A stretch of DNA of 64,000 nt from Phoronis australis (lineage: Eukaryota > Animalia > Phoronida), in contig NMRA01000039.1 of NCBI GenBank assembly GCA_002633005.1, positions 427,225 through 491,224 of the forward strand, written 5' to 3'. The notes under the pieces are model-generated. The model did not search any database. It was not told where the DNA came from and was given only the letters and a program-made list of their open reading frames with translations. Positions 24,575 to 38,000 of the stretch are shown piece by piece (positions within the stretch are counted from its first letter, which is position 1; every line of letters begins with the position of its first letter). The position numbers and the translations under genes were made by a program.

Positions 24575-25472
24575 CAGTGGCGGATCTAGGATATCACAAA
24601 GGGGGGGGCAAAATTTTGTCCGGCTGTAAGCATTCGCGCAAACCACGATTATAGATACGTATAGCACCGAATGGGGGGCAGGAAAATTTCCTGTTTTTTT
24701 CCTCTAAAAATCAAGCATTTTCCATGATTCCTGAAGTATTATCCAAGAAAAAAGGCAAAAAAAAAAACACGGAGACCGTGTCAAACAGGAAAAACTGCAA
24801 GTACCACAGACTCGAACTCACCACTTGGCGGATAGAGCGCGCGTGCTTTACCACTACAACACCACGATTTAACTACTAATCGTATATTGGGAGACCTACT
24901 TGTTTATGGTCCACAGCGTTTGCGCGTGAAACCAACTTCTTTTTGTTATGCTTATTGCAGGTTTGATATTTTGTGCAATCGGTTCTTAAAAAAAGGGGTT
25001 GTATTTAAAATAGTCTTCAAATGCCCAAAAGACCAAATCCGTTTTTCATGTTGGCAATAATGACGGGATTGCTTTGAAAATCGTCTAAAGTTAAGGTTTG
25101 ACAAAGAGAGAATTCTGAGTTTCTGAGTGATTCACTAAGGCTTCGATTAAAATTCACATCTTACCAGCAGCTTCTGTTTTTTCATCGTCACTCAGGACAA
25201 GTTCCATTATTAAAAAATGAAGTACATATTGCACAGTGGAGCAGACGACGGAAACGAAGTCGTAGTGCGCAGCGCCACTGCCGGTCGCCTGGGATATCGC
25301 GGGCGAGCCTATGCTTAGCCACAGTTCCGTTACGAATTTNGCACGCATTTAAATCTTGTTTCATCCGTATAATTTTAATTACCAGGGTTAATTAATAAAC
25401 TCAACATTTCCCTACGCTCTTGCTGTTTTACTTTTTGCGGCAGCCAAGGGGGGGAGGCTAAATCCGCCTATG
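24575..25472. mobile_element. hAT-like non-autonomous element carrying a tRNA-like segment
   Basis: TIR cagtggcggat/atccgcctatg with subterminal G-runs; flanks tactg/taatg. Confidence 0.65.
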
Positions 25473-27712
25473 TAATGTCTCTTGGACCAGCGATCTTATC
25501 ATGCCTCAGCGACAAATCCGCCTACACAAAGGACCAGCCAACACACTTAGCTGATGATGGACGAAAATAATCGACTGTCTTTATGTGCGAATGTCGTTAT
25601 AACGGCACGTTTTCTGTTAATAAGATGCTGAATTAAAAGCTTCTTTTATCTTTTGAACACCGACGCAAACGCGTCTGTCATTGTGATGTATTTACCCTCA
25701 CGGGGTACGCTGGCCCATTTCAGAGACAACTCAGATAAGAGGGTTAGCACCAATGCGTCGGGCAGCCTCGTTCCTCGCCGCGCCACGAGGACGCAATCGA
25801 TTTCAGTCAGCTTTCTGGTTTTCTTATTTGGAAACATAAAATCACTAGAATATTTCGAGTTGGAAACGTGCAGTTGGTGAACTTGTCGTTGTCCACTTTG
25901 GTCTTTTAAAAGTGTGTACTGTACGACATACATAAAACATGAGTTATTGGCTTCTTGCTGTACTTAGAAACGTAATGCACAGCTTCATGGCGGCGCCTAA
26001 TTTCCTATTAGTAGTAAACCAAGAAGACAAATATACATACAGTTCGTGGAAAAAGCCCATCCATCTTAACAGTACATCTCATACCGTGCGTGACTTCTGT
26101 GTACAGAAAGTATCCCAGGGATTACTATCTAATGCTTCCAGCAAAAGAACGCTAAGTCATATCCTTACATGTAAAGCCGTTTCAACTTGAAAATCCACCA
26201 TAAAATACCAATCTTCAGAGATAATGACAACTTACGGATGCAAATTAGATAAAATCACTGGGTGGTCGCATTTCTCGTCGCCCTCAACTAGGATTTCATC
26301 ACTTACGCCACAGAAATATAATGCTTTCTGGCTTAACGAGAACCGAATGTCTCAGTTCGAAGGAAGAATGATTGTTGCGTACATATTGACGAGAAGTTAA
26401 TGACTGAGACTGTACAAAATTGAAGAAATGATTACGTTGAAAAAGGATAATTAGACAATGCCCGTTAAACGGGAAATTACTGTTTTACGTGGTTTCCACT
26501 TCGACTAATCACGGAAATAACTTGTGGCAAACAAAATATCCAGGAAAACTCGATCGGGGTAATAATTTCAATGTGTTGACCGCGACTGAACAAGGTAAAT
26601 GTTTGGGGGGACGAGAGGGGGAGGGAGTGCGAAATCCACTACGTACCGTTACACGTAAGCAGTCATAAAATAGCCTTGTTCCAGCCGCCAACAGAGGCGC
26701 GCGTTTCTAACTGTTCCGACTTCCTTATTTGGAAACTTAATGAGTTGACTAGCCTGTTTGTTTACTTTCCCATTTAAAAAACAAAGAGAACGCCGTTTCT
26801 TTATCATTTTGTTTTTCACTTTATACATAAAATCATTTGGAGTGGAACAAACGTTTTAGTGCAGTAAGTATCGTGCTTATAAGGATAAGGCCTGCGTCAG
26901 TTCTAGCGTATTTAAGACAACGTAATATTGCGAAGATCGTCCTTACAAAGGTGCTGCAGTTATCGAGTGCATTAAAAACGAGGCAGGTGGCATTTTGAAT
27001 AAATTAGTTGTTAAGGTGACTAAGTTGTGTGTGCCCTCGTTGGGAAAACGAATCTTCGTCGGTTAGGTTGCTTGATGTCCTTTTAAGACAAAATCACCGC
27101 GAGCCAGAACGGGATTGGAAGTCGGCTCGCCCCTATCAAAAACAAGTCTAGGCCGTACAAAACTACGGCTTCCCGGTCATCGGCACAATTTGTGAATAAG
27201 CCAAGACTGATATAAACGATGTCACAAAAACAGCTTTTGATTGTGTTCATTTACCGCTTCAGTTTGAAACTGGTCGTAAGTTATTCATTGGTTAAAATCG
27301 AAATGTCATTTCTGGTTTGGACTGGCTGAGATCAGATTCTACAACTCGTCACGCCATGTCATTTTATTTGCCGAGCTACATGGTCCAACACAGATGACTG
27401 AACGAACTGCTGGTTCTTTGCAAGACTCGCCTGAAGAGCCAATTTGAGTCCAATATTAGCCTAAGTCAAAACTTCTTTTTTCAACGAAATGCGGGATTCT
27501 CAAGCCCGGTGCTTTAAACGGATGAGACGCGTCGGGTGCCATAGTACAAAGTAACCCTTTCATAATCATTCAATATTGACTTTACTGTTTGGACAAAAAC
27601 TGCAACATGATATTTGAAGACTTCTATCGCATCTTTACAAGCTTAAAGGTCGTAGGATCAATGACCCAGAGGTCGCTTTTTTACACGTTGTGTTCAGATT
27701 AGTTGGTGATAA

Positions 27713-28046
27713 GGCCAACTGAAAAAAGCAGAGTTGGTTCAGTCTCTGTCCCAACTCATTTTGAGACCTGCGCTCACCAACTGAAAAAAAATACGTTGAA
27801 CGCCCACTCGCATCAATGCCAGCCCGGTTTTTTTTGTTTTGAAAAGATGCACAAAGGCACGTAAGCCAAGGTTTGAAACGCAATATTTACCAAGGAATGA
27901 GTAAAAACAAAACAAATTCCCGCATCATCTTTAATTCCTAGTCTCAGGTGGAATGTCTTTTGAAAAAGTGAGCAACTAAAAAATACCCGCCCCCGACTTA
28001 ATTTTCAAAAAAACAGAGACCGTAAGCAGCTATTCTTTTTTGACCT
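27713..28046. mobile_element. MITE with taa-ggcca...tgacc-tt ends
   Basis: taaggccaactgaaaaaa / ttttttgacctt; internal cgcatc and cccgc motifs; degenerate. Confidence 0.4.
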
Positions 28047-28967
28047 TGACCGAGTTCTTTTAATTCAGTTTGGCACTGTTCGACCAGCTTTGGATTAATT
28101 TCCTAAACTATCTCGTGGCCTATTCCCGCATATTTAAACGTACCGCGATTCAGCACTCAGCACCGGCAATACACGGGCGTATTTAGGGGGAATGCCAAGC
28201 ATGGGTAGCCCCGCTAATTACTGGAGTGGTGAAAAAAACAGAGCTAACATTTGGTGTTAGGGGTGTCATGGTAGCTTGTCCTTTCGAAAAATAATATAAT
28301 CGGACGCCCAGTTTGCGACATCCTATTTTCTCAGCGAATTGGCCAAATCCATTTTCATGTTGCGAAAATCAAATCGATGATGAATGATCAACACAAAACA
28401 CAATTTTGGTTTCTCACTATACTCACCACTCTTTCTGATTTCTTATCCAAACGGCATAATTCTGTCTCATTTGGAACACTGCGCCAGCCGCCAATACGTG
28501 ATCGTCTGCTCGCAAAATCTGATCAGCAGAGTAAGGTAACCCCTCAACTAATTTGCACACAAAGGAAAAAAATCGATCGCAATGTCAAAATTGTCACTCT
28601 TGATTCTTGAAACAGCAAGATTACATTGCTGTACCAAATCATCAACGTCTCAGCAAGAGTAGTTTTATGACAGGTGTACAGTACCCATCATGAAAAGAAC
28701 AAGATAGATTTTCTTCATTTTAATTCATAATTTTAAAGAAAATATTTCTGTCACTACTAGTGAGGAATTGTCATAATTTGACTGCATGAACAAGGTTGCC
28801 AAGCACGTCAGAAATCGTTGAAGAAAAGTGACACCTCCGCAAAACGTCATGTTGATACAAAAGGAAGTTTTATTTTGTGAAAAGAGAATCCTACTTTTAG
28901 TCTTTTAAAACAAGACTTCAAAGTGCTGTGCTTTCACAAAACAATTATTCCATACCGAAATACATAT

Positions 28968-28973
28968 TTTATT
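28968..28973 (-). terminator. Candidate polyadenylation signal (AATAAA) of the BAZ2B-like gene, implying a ~2.9-kb 3' UTR
   Basis: tttatt on + at 28968-28973 (a second at 28869-28874) in an AT-rich tract, near where CpG depletion appears to end. Confidence 0.4.
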
Positions 28974-30487
28974 ACAAAAATTAATTATACAACATTGTTT
29001 TCACATCATAGATTGGTCCAACATGGCTAAATAGAAATCACCTCTCAAAAGACATTATTGTATTTCAATGAAAAGGGTGACACCAATGCAATTCCAAAAT
29101 TTCCACTAACTACAGCAACATTCACTCTGACATGACTGAATATACATAGTTTAATTTGATTCATGAACAATAAAACATTCTAAAATATAAAAGTGTACAA
29201 GTCCCTTCGTGCAATAACAGAAAACGCACTGTGGGATACAACATAACTTCACACCAGAGCAAAGGATCAGCGAGAAATGTCCACTAGGGGGCACATTGAC
29301 GTGCAGATACGTCCCATGGCAATATCATCCCTGATAAAACGTAATGCCAACAACAATATCTTCAAGACCATTAGCCACCTGGCAACTCATAAGACTTCTA
29401 ACCATTTCGAAGACCTTCAAAGCTCCTCTAACCGATGATGTATTCCAATAAGAATAAATAAACTAGTGTGCATGTAGTTGATTAATAGTTCTTCCATTGC
29501 TCAACTGGTGGTGCACACTCACTTGCTCTTGTAAAGACGAAACACAATTCAGTGCCCATGGTATACACATAATTGTGCAAACATAACATAACATACTGTG
29601 CAGAAGACATCCACTCAACTTTCAAGTAACTTTGGTTTAAGCTGACCGTTACTCTCGGAACACATATTTTTCACTTGGCTGAAGGAACACCAATCACAGA
29701 CCACCAAATAGCATAAATAAAAAGCCTTACAACACATTTCTATATACTAATCAAATACAATATCTTTACTTCTTTCACAAAACTGTCCTTACTTAACCTC
29801 AAGGGATAGTCCGGAGTACTATGTGAAATTTCAGAAATTTAGAATAAAACATACAGAGTATTTGAAGTCTTTCTTTGTACCCCAACACATAACGGGTTGC
29901 AGAGACCCTTACACCTTTATTTTCCCAAACCTATAACTTTTATTTCCCTGTCCTGTGTCATCTAATTTGATTGAAGTTTTTGCACAAACCCAAACAAAAA
30001 CCAGGTAATTTGGATGCCTAGTGATGACTCATATGCCCCCCTATAAAGTATATGAAGCGATTTGGAACCACAATGAAAATAGAAATGCAGTCACAACTTT
30101 CAAAAATTCTGCAAGTCTTGGTGGACTTTTGTCTCCTTCAGGTAACCACACTCAGGCAAGCACTTCAAATTTTTACAAAATTTTGTGTTCAGAATAATCA
30201 CTGCACGGACAAAGGGATGCACCCAATGGATGCTCCCAAGGATCTAAGCAGGATTAAGACTGACCATGTCCATGGCTAGACATAATTTTCAAAGTGCTTC
30301 GCAATTTGCAGTACCGCGTAAATCTGGCATAATTATTGTTATTTAAATTTGGAGTTTCAATTTCGTTTGATTGGATCCAAAAGGCCAAAAATCATGTCGT
30401 AATTAAGAAGCAAATAAAAGCGGACTAGAAATTAAGTGGCTTGAGGAATGGTACAGATTATTCTTACCAAAATACGAAATGAAAATA

Positions 30488-30730
30488 CAGGGTGAACACC
30501 ACATCTTTAATGCAAGAAATGTTACAAACAAATTACTGCCACTTATCACCAGGCCAACCAATACTTGACCAAAGAACAACGCAATAAAATCCAAAACGTA
30601 TACGATAGGAGTTCTCACTCCTTTCTCCGGTCCCCCAGATTTTGACGAGCCAATAGGACGCCAAGTTGAGCTGGAAACCAAGCTCAATTCATTGGCTAAA
30701 CTTGTTGCGTTATTTTTAAGAGACACCCCG
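30488..30730. mobile_element. Possible Tc1/mariner-like MITE
   Basis: ta|cagggtg...caccccg|ta; short TIR only. Confidence 0.4.
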
Positions 30731-30903
30731 TACAAGGTCCATCACCATCGATTCTGACCATTTCTCATACAGTTGTTAACCCACCGTACCCTCCAATATA
30801 CTGAATCCTGTGTAAAGGCAAGTATTGACGACAAAGCCTCCGGAGTTCATAGCTTCAATCTATACTTGAAGCACCAACTTTGACTTTATATCCTGGACGG
30901 TTA

Positions 30904-31125
30904 CCGTAAAATCTCATGACTTTAGGGCGCAATATGGCAGACAAATGACATTTGACCTTTTAAATTTTTTCATGAAGCTGTGCAGCACCAAATGAATGCT
31001 TCTTATATCAAAAATAACATCTGGCAATATTTTGAGAAATTGTAGGCATTTTCAACCATGTTACAAAAATCTCTGAAGGACATTTCTGGAAATTATTTTC
31101 GCCCAAAGTAGGTGACATTTAACTG
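30904..31125. mobile_element. Tc1/mariner-like MITE in the putative BAZ2B 3' UTR
   Basis: ta|ccgtaaaatctcatgactttagggcg versus reverse complement ta|cagttaaatgtcacctactttgggcg; TA flanks. Confidence 0.55.
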
Positions 31126-31865
31126 TACAGCTGCGACTAGATCAGCCAAGTTCCAAAGCCACTTACAGAGAGAATTAGGCTAAGCTCAAAATCGAGTTTG
31201 CAGACGAGTCTAATCATAGAAGCAATCAATGAACTCCACTCAGTTCACAGCGCAATCATGAACTAAGTGTTGTTATAAAATAAAACACTAAAACTGATTG
31301 CCAAACACCTTTACCATTTTCAAAACTGAGAGCATAGGACTTTAAACAAAGAATTCATAAAGAGAACAACACCGTCAACAAAAAGTATGCAAACACTGCA
31401 ATGATGCTTTCAAACATTTACCAATTGAAAAAGCACCTACTGATACTCTTGTTCTCTAAATGGCCATCCAGGGAGTTACTTCACCAACAGATGTTTTTAT
31501 TTTTAGGACTTCAAGGTGCAAAATATCCACAACTAGGTAACATTGTATCCATTCAGTGTTTCGAATGAAAACTCACAAATTGCCCTACTCAAGAAAGATC
31601 ACATCATTAGTGCACAAATATTACGACCTGTGCTGGCCAACTTATTACACTCAATCCCAAGAAATAACACATTGCCAGTTCTTCTGAAACCCTCAAATCA
31701 TCCTAGCCCTGGCAACAAACAATGACGTAATTCAAAAGGTTTTTTTGACATCGCAATCCCATGCAATGGTTGTTTAGTGCCTCTTCGAGAGATCTAGTCA
31801 CGATTCCACAGTTCAGACATGCGAATCCAACTCGAAGGCCTCATAAAGGGAATGCCGTAGTCAGC

Positions 31866-32019
31866 TCAAGCATCTGTGTAGAATTCTGTCCACCTCTCCT
31901 CAAACAGTTTCCGCAAGGCGTGCCCCGCCATGCCAACTTCTGAATCATCCTCATTGAATACTTCGCAGTTGTCAAAGATCTGTCGAACGTCCGCCGCAAA
32001 CTCGCTGGTAACTTTATAA
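31866..32019 (-). CDS. BAZ2B: BAZ2B-like last coding exon, bromodomain C half and stop
   Basis: ttcag|T TAT...GCT TGA; YKVTSEFAADVRQIFDNCEVFNEDDSEVGMAGHALRKLFEERWTEFYTDA*. Confidence 0.93.
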
Positions 32020-35000
32020 CTGAAACGCATGCAAAATAGATTGACGCACTAAAGACCAAGGCTGCTTTTGTCCAATTTCTTTGAATTATGTCTTCCAGCA
32101 ATATCTCTTCAAGGTTTGTTATTTTAGCAATGTATAACGAACTCGTGGGCGGGCGCCCTCTAGAGGGGCAGGTAGACACTCAACTGATCTTTTAACTGGC
32201 ATGTATGTTTGCGCAAATGCGAGTGGCACAATGCACATGTTGTCTGGGGTAATTCTCCACTCATTTTGCACAAAAATGGGTATTTTTCCACTTTTTAATG
32301 GCCGATTACCTTTTTGCAAATAATGAGAACTTGTCAATGTAGTTTTCATGGCCGCACTCAGGGGGGGCTCGGGGGGCTCGAATAAGCCCCCCCCCAAAAA
32401 AAAGGTCCGCCTCAGTGAAACAAAATGTCTGAGTAAACAAGACAAAAGTCCACAAAATCCCACGGGAAGTCAGCACGGATGCACAATTTGTGGGCTTGAA
32501 CCTAGTGGCCCCGTTTTTTATTTTTATTTTTTATTTTTTTTAGTCCTCGTTGATTTCTTTCACTAAACAGTCCATACACCGAAAAATTCGAGCCCCCATA
32601 TATTTTAGGCTGGGTGCGCACATGGTATTATGACATCTACATGCTACAACCCATGATTGCGATAGACTAAAATGATCTTAATCTTTACTTTTGTGGAGAA
32701 ATTTAACAAAACGAGATTTTGGCCATATTGTACGTTAATTAAGAGAATAATTACCATATTCAGTGCTAGGAATTTATGACTGTCAAGTACGTAAATTTCA
32801 GTTCACCTTCCTGTCCATTCAAACCATAGGTTTATGAACAATGGCATTAATGCAGCAATATAACATGCATTTTTACAAATAACTTTTACTTTTGTCATTA
32901 CATAAGACTAGTTCCACCCGTTATTGAAAATGACTGCAATCAAATGATATTTTCAATAAACGTACAGTGCACGCCAAAAATAGTCAGACAAAATGACCCG
33001 TAATTACCCATCATGACAGCTGAGCGGAAGCCGAATTCAACGTCGGAGTGGTTTTCCCTCATAATCAAGAATGAACAGGAAAATAGCAGGAAAGTTAGTA
33101 AGGTGGCCAAACCACTCTGTAAATAAAATCATGCAGCACCAATAGTTATTACTAGTAATTAAGGATGTTTTAACGGAATCAACCGTTATGATGGGGAAAA
33201 CGGTATTTTGACCGATCACTTTTGTCTCATTTAACTGTACATATCACTTACACTTTATTGTTAAGATTTTTCTTCAATGTGCTAAAGTCCATAGGTTTCT
33301 TGATAAACTTGCGATAGGATGGAAACTTCTTGCAGTTAACTGGCATGTGAAATGGTTTGGAGTCGGGGTGTTTCTCCAACTCGGACAGAGTGCTCCTGGA
33401 ACACAGATTCAAAGGGTTTGTGTACGGCATCATCAAACAATGGGTATGGCATAATCAAAAAGATAATGACATCATCGAACAGTGGGTACATCATCAAACA
33501 GTAGGTATGACATCACCAATCAATGGGTATGACATAATCAAAAAGAGAGTATGACATCATCAAAAAGTGGGTACATCATCAGACAGTAGGTAGTAACATT
33601 GTTGTCATCTCTGTTTCCGTTAAATCATTGTCATGTATGTTCAATTGGTATTTCTCTTATACCCTGCGAGGGGTGGCTATTCAGAACAGAAATAAATCTC
33701 TTACACCAAACAGTGCAAATGACATCATCAAGCACTGTGAGTGACATTGTAATTTTTATCAAAAACATCCGATTCAACAGGTTTGAAACGAAGGAAGGCA
33801 TTTCATTTCTCATTGTACTAAATATAATCTCAGGTGAACTTAAACTAGCCATCAACAGAGTCGGACATACCAACATATGGAAAAGTCAGTGGAAACATTC
33901 TTCGTTGGTTCTTCATTACTGGGCGACTCTGCCTTGTCGCCATAGTCCGTCTTGGCACCACTAGGTGTACTAGCAGTGCTGGCAGCAGCGGCTGCGTCAC
34001 TTTTACGCGACTTCTTCTCTGGTGTTGGGCAGGTCTCGCTGCCTACGTTACTCCCAGCATCCTCTTCAGTCGTGGACTCGCTCGTCTGCTTCTTTCTCGC
34101 CTTTGAATACTTGGCACGTTGGTATGTGTACTTGGACTGGAAAATAGGTCACAGCAATAGAGAGTATAGTCTTGGGAATTAGGAGAAAAGTATGCGGAGA
34201 GCGTAACCTGGGAATTAGGTGAAAAGTACGTGGACTGGAAATCAAGCAATGGATACCATCGATGAACAGCGCTCAATTTGCAGAGAAACTGTACGTAGAA
34301 AACGGAGCACACGGGCAGTATTTGTCCACTAAAGATTTTTAATTTAACTCGTGCTAACCATGTCTGCCAGCATATAGTGTTTGTATCACCTCATGCATTA
34401 TTCATGAGATGAAATCAACAGTTGTAAAAAACTGTTTTATGAATTCATGGGAATAATGTGATGAGCTAATGACAGATAAGAATTCACATTAACTGTTGAT
34501 ATAATTTTTTCATGGCAATCGTGATAATTTCTTATTTGTTATCAATCAAAACTGATAAATGATATAAAGAGGTTTTCAATGAATGATAATTTGCTTTGAA
34601 TGCTATCAGACTGGTGGATCATTTATCATCAGCCTTGACCCAACATGGATTCCTAACAACCAAAATAGGGGTGTATTCTAAACACTCTCCATGAATCCCC
34701 TTTGGGACAGAATAATGGCTGCATTCCTCTATGAAAAATATTCTAAAATTGAGCACAATTCCCCTCACCAGGCCCAAAAATTCCCCTACAATGATTAAAG
34801 AATTCCCCACTACGTTAGAATGACTGCTGCCCAGTGATAGTTTTGGCTACTTGTGGCACGCAGATGATTGGTGATCAGAGGGGAATTTCCCCTAAACCTC
34901 AAATTCTCTCTCAGAAGGTAGATACAGCTTAGAGAGTTCGTAAGATGGTGCAGTAGACGGCTTTAAAACCAGGAAATACTGCCATGGGTCATGCAAGGAC

Positions 35001-38000
35001 AGCATAGTCACTTACCTTACACCCTGTACATGAGCCACAAATCCACTTGCGAGGAGTTCTGGAAATGGACAATAGACATATATTAAACCCGACATCTCCG
35101 GAGTTATCATTTCCTGCACATTTCCCACAATGACCGACCAGCAATTATTTTTCCAAAGCATAGTGAGAAGGTAGTTGATAATTTGCATTTTAGTTGGTGA
35201 GAAGCAATCAAATGAAGACATTGAATTTGTGCTTTCACTACACTGAAAACTTCTACATCAGGTAGAGGATAATCGACATTGCTAACACTGCATGTTACAT
35301 AGTCAAATCTACAACCCCTACTTCCTACTGTGAATCTATGTACAATGAGAGGTGTTAACAATCTTTAGTTCATGCATTTTGTGAAGACAGATAGCATATA
35401 ACAGTATGAGGGTGACTGCCTTCCGTTCACAGTACAGACAGTTTTTGATTGGAAAGTTTGTGGCAGATGTACCAGTAGACCGTTTTAAGAAAAGTGACTT
35501 AGAACTCAAAACATAAATTTGATCGTAATGCTCCAAGTAATTATGTGCACATCACAGTCTAGAAATAATGCATAGAAACAGTACTCAGAAACTATAAGTT
35601 ATGTCCATATTCTCAGATACTTTGCATTTTTGTTCAAGTGATTATTGTAATTATTTTTCACAAATAGTTGTGTGGAATGTAAACCAAATTTCTGGCTTGA
35701 GTCTCAAGTGACAAACCTCAGCATTATTCAAGGTGCGACTACGAGAACTCACCTTTGGAATGGCGGATCAATACAGTCGATGTGGAATGCCACTGGGCAG
35801 TTGTTGCAGATGGCCATTCGTCCATTCTTCTTGCCACAGCGCACGCAGTGGGGGACCTTATTGGCACGTGACACGCACTCGTAACAGAACCAGTCACCAT
35901 CTGGGATGTCTGTCATGGGTGGCTGAAATCAGCAGTGATCAATCGGTGAATCAACGGGAACATTCATTATTACATTTAGTGAGAGTTTCCACATGTTTTT
36001 GCCTCGACAATTATGAGCAGAAATATGATACAGTAACAAGACTACATTGCGTAGCACGGGTTTGATTTCAACGACAGTATAAGAAAGGACACAATATATC
36101 ATGGAATTGCGTCATCAAAGATTACAAATAGGGCGATTCTATCAAAACTTTAAGACATTGCAACTTTCCAGTTTCTCATTGGAAGACTGTGAACAAGTCA
36201 AGCCATTATGTAATAATTAAATAATTAAAAGGAAACGGAGAAATCAACTGTAAGTCACAGCAGTTTGACTCACAGATTTGCCTATAACATGAAATGTAGA
36301 CAAAGCACATTAAGGGCCTCGTACGTTCTTTCACTGATACTTTCAAACTCACCTTAAAGCAGTATGTGTGGTATCCTTTGTCACAGCTGTCGCATAGCAA
36401 CAACTCAGCCTCATTGTCATCAAGGCGACAGATCTGACACAGCTGAAAGAACAAAAACATCTCTATGTTTTTTAACATTAATTGCGGAAAAAGGAACGTA
36501 AGAATTACGACCTGAAGCTCAGACAGCGGCGCCAAGAAGCATTTTATCTTGATGTCACTATAAACGATTATTTCCAGTGGAGTGGACAACAACTCCATAA
36601 TAAGACATGCTTCTGAAACGGTTAACATCACATGTTATATATGTTCTTACTCGGGTTTGTGTACCCAGATCTGAAATAATGCATTTTCAAAGAAAATTTT
36701 TTAAGCGTTACAATATAGGCCCATGTGCCTTATCTCCACATATAGTTGCAGGCAGCTATCCCTTGTACTGTATGCATGTCTCAAATTGAGCTTTTTAACA
36801 TTTTGCAATACCCTCCAATTAACAGTTAGTGTAAAATTGAAAACACATCAACACCTATTATTTTGTAACCAACACACTAACTTAATTTTTTTGCCCCACG
36901 GTTTCACTCATTGATGCAGCTTCACACAGACTTTCAAGGCTTAAGTACCTGGGCTTGGAATAACCAAAGATAAAAAAGAGGAAAAATTTCTAGGTGATGT
37001 ACCATTCCACAAATAGACTTATGTGATGGAAATATTCTTTATGTTGTAAAATTTAACTGAAATAAACGTTTTTGCATGAATAAAGTAAAAATAATGATAA
37101 AAAACAGGAAAAGAGGAAATCAAATACAAGGAAATTGAAACCAAAAAAGAGGAAATCCTCTTAAAAGAGGAAAAATTCCAAGCCCTGAAATGCTTGCAAA
37201 AATGGTTAGGAAATTTACGACAGCAAGTAACCTGAATCTTATTCCAGGCATGAAAAACTGGTGGAAAGAATGTTTTGGGGAAATCACCAACATTTTGTTC
37301 TTGGAACACGCAACACTTCGCTAAATGTACCAAACGACAACCATCAGGCAACAACGTAGGCAAGAATTAAAGCAGCAAACATGAACATAGGATTTAGCTA
37401 GCCACATAAAGCTTCATCATAGTACGTGTTTGTGAAGTATGCGTCCGTAAGACGTGAAATGTAAGCATGAAATCATTGAGACACCAAGACGTCCAAACTA
37501 AAGACATCACTTTGACACATAAGCATCGCTATTCCCTGCACACGACAAGTACAGTCATCTGCAGAATTAACATCTTGTGAGTATCTAAAGGCAAACATTG
37601 AGTTGCTTGGCAACCAACTTCCAGAGACTGCCAAATTACATCATTTGTTGCATTAATTTGACAATACAAATACGTGAGTTACGCGAGTTCTTCCATTTTT
37701 TGGCAAGTTGTAAAGGACTAAAACAGCATTGTTCCAACACTCAAAGGATAGATCAGAACTTTACCGACTGATTTTTCATTGAGTGTCATGAATGCAACAT
37801 GGACACAGATACTCATGCAATGGATGAATGTAAATTTTTCACAGACACAGATGATCACGGAGAAATGGATGGCTACTTTTTGAGACCAATGAACACACCT
37901 GATGTTCACAAAGAAGGGTGAGCGTAATTATTTTACTTTCTCACACCTACTCCTGTCCATTACTCACCACTTTCATTACTGACTTCTCCCACGAGATGGC

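Noticed and set aside
26724-26733. CArG box ccttatttgg (also 7814-7823)
   Set aside because: A 10-bp motif with no linked gene start; expected by chance or within repeats.
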